From positions 27,772-91,771 of the forward strand of contig DATLGO010000048.1 of assembly GCA_035540375.1 (NCBI GenBank): a stretch of 64,000 nt of DNA. Reading direction: 5' to 3'. Below are positions 48,642 to 56,800 of the stretch, piece after piece. Source of the DNA: Thermoplasmatota archaeon. Lineage in GTDB: Archaea > Thermoplasmatota > SW-10-69-26 > JACQPN01 > JAJPHT01. Under the pieces are notes generated by a model, which saw only the letters and a program-made list of their open reading frames with translations, searched no databases and was not told where the DNA came from. Position 1 is the stretch's first letter; every line of letters starts with the position of its first letter. The position numbers and the translations under genes were made by a program.

Positions 48642-49487
48642 GTGAATGACTTCCGCGCGGGACCCCTCAGCGTGGACAAGGCCTTCTACGCAGCGTTGAA
48701 GCTGCACGTCTACAATTCGATCAACGACTCGCTCCTGAACGCCCTCCTCGGGGGGCGCTCCATCACCATCACGGACGACGTGAAGCTCGAGATCGCCCGC
48801 TTCACGGCCCGCCGGATCAACCACATCTTCGTCTCCGAGAACGGGAACCGCCCGAACTCGTCCTGCGAGTTCTACGGCTTCACGAGCCACAAGGTCCGCG
48901 AGAAGCTCATGGACTTCGAGGAGCGCGGCATCATCGAGCTCACGGGCAAGGGCCTGCGGGACGCCTTCACGTACCGCTGGCGCGCGCCGATCAAGCACTG
49001 GGAGATCTGCTCGTACATGCGCTTCAGGCGCCTCACGGGCGACGACCTGACGCTGAATCTCGAGCTCACGCGGGTGTTCCAGAACGTGGGCCTCGAGACG
49101 TTCACCCTCCAGGATTTCATGGGCTTCTACCACGAGGCCCACGGCGAGGAATACGGCAACACGCGCTGGGGCAAGCGCAAGTTCGAGAGCCTCGTGAACT
49201 CCTACGCCTACCAGTCCTTCCTGAAAAGCCGCCTCGAGAAGCTCGTCTCCCGCAAGCTCGTCGTCGCGACCGAGAAGGACCAGTTCGCCCTCAATCCCGT
49301 CGCGCAGGACGCGGTGAACCATTTCGACCTCTTCGTGAACGAGGTCGCCTACCACCCGTCCCGCGAGATGTGCCGCGCGTGCCCCATGGACGCGCTCTGC
49401 CGCGCGGGCTCCACGCAGCTCGTCGTCATCACGCTGAACAAGAATCAGGACCCCCTTCCGACGCCGCCGACGCTGAAGATCGAGTAG
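48642..49487 (+). CDS. hypothetical protein (281 aa), possible winged-helix segment
   Basis: GTG start. The amino-acid composition (N, F, Y, K-rich) is atypical for this genome. SHKVREKLMDFEERGIIELTGKGLRDAFTYRW resembles a wHTH. C-terminal CRACPMDALC. Confidence 0.45.
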   Translation: MNDFRAGPLSVDKAFYAALKLHVYNSINDSLLNALLGGRSITITDDVKLEIARFTARRINHIFVSENGNRPNSSCEFYGFTSHKVREKLMDFEERGIIELTGKGLRDAFTYRWRAPIKHWEICSYMRFRRLTGDDLTLNLELTRVFQNVGLETFTLQDFMGFYHEAHGEEYGNTRWGKRKFESLVNSYAYQSFLKSRLEKLVSRKLVVATEKDQFALNPVAQDAVNHFDLFVNEVAYHPSREMCRACPMDALCRAGSTQLVVITLNKNQDPLPTPPTLKIE

Positions 49488-49491
49488 GCTG

Positions 49492-49514
49492 GCCGCCCTC
49501 CTTCTCAGGGCGGC
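49492..49514 (+). terminator. hairpin gccgccct-ccttctc-agggcggc immediately after the stop of the 48642..49487 gene
   Basis: The inverted repeat was read from the sequence. Confidence 0.4.
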
Positions 49515-49604
49515 GTCGGAAGCGACGGGGTCACCCCGAACCAGCCCGCATCAGGACCCCCTTCCGACGCCGGCGAAGGCGGCGCCAAAGCGCCGCCAAG
49601 CCGC

Positions 49605-49625
49605 CAACGAACCCGCAGTTCGTTG
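49605..49625. repeat. hairpin caacgaac-ccgca-gttcgttg, sharing its core with the tuf-downstream hairpin and flanked by 28-31-nt direct repeats
   Basis: Read from the sequence. The direct repeat ggcggcgcc(aa/gc)agcgccgccaagccgcc lies at about 49578 and 49634. Confidence 0.5.
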
Positions 49626-49712
49626 AGCGCGAAGGCGGCGCCGCAGCGCCGCCAAGCCGCCGCCGAGCCCACAGGCTCGGCGAGCGCCGACGCTGAGGAC
49701 GGATCGCCGAAC

Positions 49713-50387
49713 CTACGCCGCGCGCCGCGTCTTCAAGGCGAGGTACCCGAGCGACGCGAGCGTCGTGAGGCCGACGAGGACGGCGGCCCCGTGGAGGCTG
49801 CGGGCCTCGACGCTCGCCCCGAGGACGGGGTGGAGGAGGCCGAAGATCGTCGGTCCCATGAGGACCGCGACGAGCACGATCGCGGCCGCGATCGCAAGAA
49901 GCCTCAGCTGACCCGCCCGGACCGCGGAAGCCGCGGCATCGAGGCGCGCGATCGTGCCGGGGGGCGCGGCCGCGGCGACGTGGAGGAACTTCGCGGCGAG
50001 GGTCGCGTTCTCGACGAAGACGACGAACCCGAGCCCGCCGGCGAGCGCGATCACCCATTCGAGGAGGGACGGAAACGCGGTCGCGACGGGGAGCGCGACG
50101 AGGATCGCGAGAAGGCCTCCCGCGGCCGTCTGGAGGTAGGCGAGGCGTTCGCCGCGACCCTCCGGGTCGTTCTCGACGTTGAAGCGCGAGGCCCGCACGA
50201 GCCCGTGCCGCGCGATCGCGGTGGCCGCGAGGCCCGCGGCGAGGGTGAGCGCCGGAATCTCGACGACGCCGAGGAACGGACGGTCGCCGAGGAGGGCGAG
50301 GCCGCCCGTCGCGAGGGCCGTCGTCGCGAGGCCCGCGGTCGCCATCGCGATGCTCGATCGGGCGCCGCGGCCGATGTCGCGCGTCAA
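49713..50387 (-). CDS. polytopic membrane protein, last gene of the MoxR operon
   Basis: 224 aa with at least five hydrophobic helices. The start overlaps the DUF58 stop by 4 nt (ATGA). Confidence 0.5.
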   Translation of the reverse strand: MTRDIGRGARSSIAMATAGLATTALATGGLALLGDRPFLGVVEIPALTLAAGLAATAIARHGLVRASRFNVENDPEGRGERLAYLQTAAGGLLAILVALPVATAFPSLLEWVIALAGGLGFVVFVENATLAAKFLHVAAAAPPGTIARLDAAASAVRAGQLRLLAIAAAIVLVAVLMGPTIFGLLHPVLGASVEARSLHGAAVLVGLTTLASLGYLALKTRRAA

Positions 50388-51640
50388 AGCAGCGCCTCCC
50401 GGGCGAAGGTGACGGTGATCGGCTCGGCGGTGTCCCAGTCGACGACCACGGCGCCGTAGGACTTCATCTGGGCGATGGCCGTCTCGCGCTCGAGCATCGC
50501 GGTCTCGTACTCGGCCGTGCCGGGCGCGATGCCCGCCTTCTCGAGGAAGGCGCCCGCGCGCGGGGTGACCACGAGGACGCGCATCTCGTAGGCGCGCAGG
50601 GCGCGAACGGCCTCGCTCGCGGTGCCGTCGTCGAGGAGGTTCGAGATGAGGATGATGGGGCTTCGCGGCTTCAGCATCGGGAGGATCTGTCCCACGGCCT
50701 CGAGGGCCTTCATCGCGCCCTTGCCGTCGGCGTCCGCGAGGGCCTCCGAGAGCGGGATGATGGGCTTCTCGGTGCCGGTGAGGCGGACCTCGCGGATCGC
50801 GTCCTCGTAGAAGATGAGCCGCATCTTGTCCCGGCGCTTGAGGAGGAAGCCCGCGAGCGAGACCGCGGCGCGCGATCCGTACACGATGGCGTTGTCGCGC
50901 ACGGTGCCGAGGCGCGCGATCTCGCGGTTGTCGAAGAGGATCGTGACGCGGGCCTGCGTCTCGCGCTCCGTCTGGTTGACGATGAAGTTCTTGCTGCGCG
51001 CGCTCGCCTTCCAGTTGATCGATCGGTAAGGGTCGCCCGTCATGTATTCGCGCAACGCGAAGAACGACGAGCCGTAGCCGGGTTGGCCGACGATGTAGTC
51101 GCCCGCGACGACGAGCGGGAACTTGCTCTTCGTGAGCGCGTCCCGCAGGTCGAATTGGCGCGGGTAGATCGTGAGGAACGTCACGCGGTCCACGTCGTTG
51201 TCCTCGTGGAAGAGCCCGAACGCGTCCTGCACGCGGAGCCGCACCGGCCCGAGCGAGAACTTCCCCTTGATGGGCGCGCGGAGCACGTAGTCCATCTCAA
51301 GCGGCTCCGCCGAGAGCGCGGTGAGGACGTAGTTCGAGCCGCCCGCGATCTCGAGACCGGGCGGGAGGGTGTCGCGGATCTCCGCGAACACCCTTCCGCG
51401 AAGGCCCTTGGCCTCGACGCGGAGCCGCGTCTTGACCTCGGCGCCCTCGTGGCCGACCTGGCTCGAGGTCTCGCGCGTGGCGCGGATGTCGACGGACTTC
51501 ACCGTGAAGGCTGCGGCGGCGAGGAGGGCGAGGCCCGCGAGGCCCGCCGATCCGACGACCGGCGCGTCGAACACGAGGCCGACCGAGACGAGCAGTCCCG
51601 ATCCGGCCGCGGTGAGCGCGCCCTTCAGGGTGAGCTTCAT
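50384..51640 (-). CDS. DUF58-family protein (MoxR partner), two N-terminal TM helices
   Basis: GDYIVGQPGYGSSFFALREYMTGDPYRSINWKASARS is the hallmark DUF58 motif. Confidence 0.85.
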   Translation of the reverse strand: MKLTLKGALTAAGSGLLVSVGLVFDAPVVGSAGLAGLALLAAAAFTVKSVDIRATRETSSQVGHEGAEVKTRLRVEAKGLRGRVFAEIRDTLPPGLEIAGGSNYVLTALSAEPLEMDYVLRAPIKGKFSLGPVRLRVQDAFGLFHEDNDVDRVTFLTIYPRQFDLRDALTKSKFPLVVAGDYIVGQPGYGSSFFALREYMTGDPYRSINWKASARSKNFIVNQTERETQARVTILFDNREIARLGTVRDNAIVYGSRAAVSLAGFLLKRRDKMRLIFYEDAIREVRLTGTEKPIIPLSEALADADGKGAMKALEAVGQILPMLKPRSPIILISNLLDDGTASEAVRALRAYEMRVLVVTPRAGAFLEKAGIAPGTAEYETAMLERETAIAQMKSYGAVVVDWDTAEPITVTFAREALL

Positions 51641-51647
51641 CGACGTC

Positions 51648-52667
51648 TCACACGGTGGGAACCGGCGCCTCGCGGACGATCTCGTTCACGACGTCGTGGT
51701 TCTTGACGCCCCGGATCTTCGATTCGGGCCGCAGGATGATGCGGTGGGCGAGGATGTGGGGCGCGACGAACTTGACATCGTCGGGGACGACGAAGTCGCG
51801 GCCCGACATGGCGGCCTTGCTGCGGCAGGCCTTGAGGAGCGCCTGCGAGCCGCGCGGCGAGGAGCCGACGTAGATGTCGGGGTGGCCGCGCGTGCGGACG
51901 ACGAGGTCGGCGATGTAGTCGATCATCTCGTCCGAGATGTAGATCGTCTCGATCGTCTGCTGCATCGCGATGACCTGCTGGGGGTTCGTGACGGCGGACA
52001 CGTCGACGTCGTCCTTCGCCCGACGGATGCGGCGGCGCAGGATCTCGGCCTCGTCGGCCTTCGCGGGGTACCCGACGCTGAGCTTCATGAGGAAGCGGTC
52101 CATCTGGGCTTCGGGCAGCGGGTAGGTACCTTCCTGCTCGACCGGGTTCTGCGTCGCCATGACGAGGTACGGCTTGTCGAGCTTGAGCGTCGCGCCTTCG
52201 ACCGTGACCTGGCGCTCCTGCATGGCCTCGAGGAGAGCCGATTGGGTCTTGGGCGGGGCGCGGTTGATCTCGTCCGCGAGCAGGATGTTGGTGAAGACCG
52301 GGCCCGGGCGGAAGTTGAACTCGCTCGACTGCTGGTTGTAGACGTACGTGCCCGTGATGTCGCCGGGAAGCACGTCGGGCGTGAACTGGATGCGGCGGAA
52401 GTCGCAGCCGGCCGCGCGCGCGAACGTGTTCGCCATGAGCGTCTTCGCCATGCCGGGAAAGTCCTCGAAGAGGATGTTGCCCGACGAGAGGATGTTGATC
52501 GTGACGAGCTCCAGCACCTCGCGCTTGCCGACGATGACCTTCGCCACCTCGTCGATGAGGCGCTTCGTCGTGTCGGCGAGCCGGACGACGTTCGGGTTCG
52601 GGGGGCGCTGCGGGCGCGCCTGGGCGAACGTCTTCGCTGCCTGGGGTTTCGTGGCCATGATTATCAC
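51648..52667 (-). CDS. MoxR-family AAA+ ATPase
   Basis: ILFEDFPGMAKTLMANTFARA (Walker A variant, AAA_3), LLADEINRAPPKTQSALLEAMQERQVT (Walker B and sensor), 339 aa. Confidence 0.93.
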   Translation of the reverse strand: MIIMATKPQAAKTFAQARPQRPPNPNVVRLADTTKRLIDEVAKVIVGKREVLELVTINILSSGNILFEDFPGMAKTLMANTFARAAGCDFRRIQFTPDVLPGDITGTYVYNQQSSEFNFRPGPVFTNILLADEINRAPPKTQSALLEAMQERQVTVEGATLKLDKPYLVMATQNPVEQEGTYPLPEAQMDRFLMKLSVGYPAKADEAEILRRRIRRAKDDVDVSAVTNPQQVIAMQQTIETIYISDEMIDYIADLVVRTRGHPDIYVGSSPRGSQALLKACRSKAAMSGRDFVVPDDVKFVAPHILAHRIILRPESKIRGVKNHDVVNEIVREAPVPTV

Positions 52668-53890
52668 CTGCTGCCTTTGCCGTAGTTCCGGATCCTTGTC
52701 AGGAGATCCTTGAGGGTATCGTCATCGCTTGCGCCGTTTTCGCCGCGCACGACGCGACGCAACCGGTCGTCGGTCGCGAGGACCGCGAGCGTTTCGGGGG
52801 CGGGCGACTCCTCGCGCACGCCGTGGACGGCCCGCACGCGCTCGCGCGCGAGGCGCGTAATGCGCTCGATCGGGCTCGCCATGGGGGAGGTCCGGACGCG
52901 GGCGAGGCCGCTCCGGTGGTGCGTGAGCCGCTCCTCGGGTTTGACGAGGGCGAGGAGCACCGCGATCGCGAGGCCGAGGGAACCGAGGAAGATCCACTGC
53001 CAGAACGGGTCCTTCGTCGGCACGACGAGCGACGCGAGGCCCGCCGCGGCGAGCCGGGCCTGGGGCGCGGGCGCGTGACGCGATTCGTCGAAGAGGATGG
53101 TTCCGGCGTTCGACCCGCGGGCGAGCGCGTCGGGGAGGGCGAGGGCAAACTTGCGGTTGTCGCTCCCTGCGGCGTCGAGCATCTCGTTCGTGAAGAGGGC
53201 GGGGTCCGCGATGAACATGACGGTGCCGCGGCCGTGCGCGACGACGACCATCTGGGGGAAGGGACCCTTCGTGTCCGTGTCGTCCTTGCGGCGGTTCCCG
53301 TCGTTGTCGAGGTACGAGTCCGGCGAGCTCGTCGCGACGATCCGGGCCGAGGGGTTCGCGCCGGAAAGAAGGCTCGGGCTCACGGTGAGGGCCGTGGGCT
53401 CGTTGAGAAGGAGGTCGAAGGTCAGGTCCTCGCCCTTGCTCGTCGTGAGGAGCGCGCGGGCGCGGGCGAGCGAGACGTTCTTCTGGAAGTTGGAGTCGAG
53501 GAGCGGCACCTTGTCGAAGGTGACGCCGAACTTGACGGCGAGCGTGTTCGCGAAGCCGAAGTCGTCCGCGACCACGAGGACGCCGCCGCGCGTCACGAAG
53601 TCGTCGAACGCCTCGATCTCGGAGGCCGAGTACGGCCGGCTCACGCCGACCGCGAACACGATGTGGGCCGCGGGATCGGAGACGCCGCGCAGCACGAGCG
53701 GCGTCGAGGCGATGGTGTCCGTGTTGTACCCGAGGCCCCCCGCGAGGCTCGCGCGGTACGCGCCGAGATCCGCGCGGCCCGAGCTGTAGGATCCGAGCTC
53801 CGGGGGCGGGGAATAGAGGATCGCGACGACGGCGCCCCCGACAATGAGGGCGGCAAGGAGGACGGCCGCGAGGCCGAGCGCGCGCTTCAC
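52664..53890 (-). CDS. DUF4350-like protein (N-terminal and C-terminal TM helices flanking a large extracytoplasmic domain)
   Basis: The GTG start (VKRALGLAAVLLAALIVGG) overlaps the stop of the giant upstream gene (GTGA). C-terminal TM FWQWIFLGSLGLAIAVLLALV. The stop overlaps the MoxR start (GTGA). The 5' 2.4 kb of the track ORF 52664..56311 overlaps the giant gene out of frame and is rejected. Confidence 0.6.
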   Translation of the reverse strand: MKRALGLAAVLLAALIVGGAVVAILYSPPPELGSYSSGRADLGAYRASLAGGLGYNTDTIASTPLVLRGVSDPAAHIVFAVGVSRPYSASEIEAFDDFVTRGGVLVVADDFGFANTLAVKFGVTFDKVPLLDSNFQKNVSLARARALLTTSKGEDLTFDLLLNEPTALTVSPSLLSGANPSARIVATSSPDSYLDNDGNRRKDDTDTKGPFPQMVVVAHGRGTVMFIADPALFTNEMLDAAGSDNRKFALALPDALARGSNAGTILFDESRHAPAPQARLAAAGLASLVVPTKDPFWQWIFLGSLGLAIAVLLALVKPEERLTHHRSGLARVRTSPMASPIERITRLARERVRAVHGVREESPAPETLAVLATDDRLRRVVRGENGASDDDTLKDLLTRIRNYGKGSR

Positions 53891-56800
53891 GCGCCCGCCT
53901 CCTTCGCGCCGCCCTTCGTGCGCCGGATGCGCGCGAGGTCGGCGTTGAGCGCGGCGAGCGCGCTCAGGGCGCGGTCGCGCTCGGCGGGCCCGACGCCGTG
54001 GGCGGAGTACCGCGCCTCCTCGAAGAGCGAGACGAGCGCGTCGAGCGGCGCCGCGCGCACCGGGAGAGCCGCCTTGACGGCGGCGCCGAACTCCTGCGCC
54101 GTGACGTCCGGCGTCGTCGTGTACCCGAATTTCACGAGGTAGTCGCGCAGGCGCCGGTAGGCCATGAGAATGGTGGCCGAGTACTCGTCGCCCGCGACGA
54201 GCGCGGCCTGCGTGTCGAGGAGGATGCGCTCGGCCTCGGTGACGCGGCTCTTCCTGTACCAGGCGACGAGGAGGCTCACGATGGCCGCGACCGCGAGAGC
54301 GCCGATGAGCGCGAGGACCCACGAGTTGCCGGCGCCGCCGAAGGCGCCCGTGGAGATCTGGATGCGGGTCGCCTCGTTCGTGGGCAGCAGGTCGTCGGTC
54401 CCGCCGAAGCGCACGTCGAGGTCCGAGGCGCCCGCTCCGGTGACCTTCCCCGGGAAGGAGGCGTGGCCGGTCGCGTTCGTCTTCAGCGTGAACGGGTAGT
54501 ACGAGCCGCTGAAGTGGACGCGGAGCACGGCGTTCGGGACGCCGAGCCCCTCGTCGTCGAGGAGCTGGACGGTGCCCGTGAAGCTGTCGCCCACCGCGAG
54601 CTTGCGGGGGACCACGACCTCGAGCCGGGTCATGCTGATGACCTCGACGAGCGCGATCGCCGAGGCGGGCGTGTGGCTCTGGTCGCCCGCGTAACGGACC
54701 TCGATCGGGACCCGGGCGCGCTCGAAGTCGGCCGGGATGAGGGCCGCGACGTGGAAGCTCCCGTTCGGGGCCGTGCTCGCGCGCGCGAGGAAGGAGCCGT
54801 TGAAGATGAGCTCCACGGAGGCGCCGGGGACGCCGAGGCCGTTCTCCTGCTTGAGGCGGCCGTCGAACTCGAAGACCTGGCCGCGCACGGCGCGCGGGGG
54901 CGGGTGGATCTCGAGCACGGTGCGCGAGAGCAGGCGCAGCGACCCGGTCGCCCCCGAGGGCGCGTAGAGCGTGGAGCCCTCGTAGCGCGCCTCGATCGGG
55001 TAGACCTTCGCGGCGACCCCGGAGGTGTCGAAGCCGGCCTCGGCCTCGCCGCGGAAGTCGGTCGGAGTGACCGTCACGGGCGATCCGAGGAAGGTGACGC
55101 CGACGATCTCGCCGCCGATGGGCCGGCCGGCGTCGTCGTGGAGCGTGAAGTTGTACACGACCTCGCCGATCGCGGCGGTGAGGTGGGGCATGCGAATCGA
55201 GGTCGCGCTCAGGACGCGCACCGTCGAGACGAGCTCCGGCGCCCCGCGCAGGAGGCCGTCCGCGCTCCCGTCGTAGCGGGCGCGCGCGAGGACGGGGCCG
55301 AGGCTCGCGTTCGCGGGGAGCGTGAGGGGCGCGCGGAATCCTCCGGTCGCGTTCGTCACGAAGACGCCGAGATGGCGCTCGCCGAGCGTCACGTTCACGC
55401 TTTCGCCGCGGACGGGCCGCTCGTAGGCGTCGACGACGACCCCGACGAGCGCCTGCGGAACGCCGCGCACGAGGGCCTTCGTCTCGAGGCTCACGCGCGT
55501 CGCGGACGTCGCCGGAACGCGGATCGAGGTCGAGGCGGGCCCGTAGAAGTCGGATCCCGCGAATCCGAGCGCGAACGTCACGCTCCCGACCTTGGGATAG
55601 ACGTTCCTCGGGATGGTGAGCGAGAAGGTTCCCGTCGCGTTGTCCACGCGCGCCTGGGTCGCGTAACCCTCCGTCGAGATGCGGATGACGAGCGCGTCGC
55701 GCGAGGTGGGGTCGCGCGCGGGGCCGCCGCCCACGTCCCGGAGGGTCCCCTGGATGACCGCGTCCTTCGCGATGTCGAGCGCCGTGACGCGGATGAGGTC
55801 GGCCCCGAGGGGCTGGAGGATCTGCGCCTCGAGGACGGGCCGGGCCCGGATGGTGACGAAGCTGAGCTTCTGCGAGGAGGCCTGGTAGAGGTCGGATCCC
55901 TCGAAGACGAGGGAAACGGGCTGGTTGCCAGGACTCGAGTCCTCGGGGATGAGGATCTTGAAGGACGCGACACCCTGCGCGTTTGTAACCGCCGTGTGGA
56001 GCGCTCCGAGGAAATGGAGACCGACGGTCTCGTTGCCGACGACCGCCCCCCGGAAGTTCCTGAGGGTCGCCTCGGCGACGAGATCGCCTCCCGCAACCGC
56101 GATGAGACGATCGTTCAGCACGCGGCCGGAGATCTTCGTGGGGAACGCGATCGCGACGCGGGCCTTCCCCGTCGAGGCGCCGTAGAGCTCCGATGGCGTG
56201 GTCTCGAGCGGGAGGTCGAAGTAGCCCGGCTCCTGGGCGGCGCCGGTCGGGAAGCTGATGTTGAACCGCCCCTCCGCGTCCGTGGTCGCGCTCTTGCGGA
56301 CGCCGTTCCACGTCATGAGCACCGGCCTCCGCGGCGCGGGGTCACCCGACCCGTCGAGGAGGCGCGCGGTGCCCCCGATCTCGCCGTTCGGCGTCGTGCG
56401 GAGCGTGGGTCCGGCGTCGAACGTGGTCGGCGTGCGCAGGCGGAGCGTCTGTGTTGCCACCACGGGCGTCTCGAACGTGCCGCGGATGCCCCGGGCCCGG
56501 TAGACGGTGGAGCCCGCGCCGTCGACGACGTCGGCGGCGGTCCACTCCGCGTGGGCGCCGATGCCGTAGCTCCAGAGAAGGACGCGGTAGCTCGTGATCG
56601 CTGGATCGAGCGCGACGGAGGCCGTGTCGAGGGTCCAGCTCACCGTGGATCCCGGAGCGTGGACCTTGCCGAAGAGCACCACCGGGCCGCAGCTCGAGGG
56701 AATGGTGACGGATTGCGCGCGCACGAGCGAAAGCGTGAGCGAGAAGCGGCCGGCGGCGTCCGTGAACGCCACGCCCGCGACGCGGGACGGGTCGCTGCGG

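Noticed and set aside
52664-56311. 1215-aa track ORF suggesting a very long DUF4350-like protein.
   Set aside because: Its 5' 2.4 kb overlaps the 2192-aa giant gene in another frame and is Arg-rich. The real gene begins at the GTG (VKRALGLAAV...) that overlaps the giant's stop codon.
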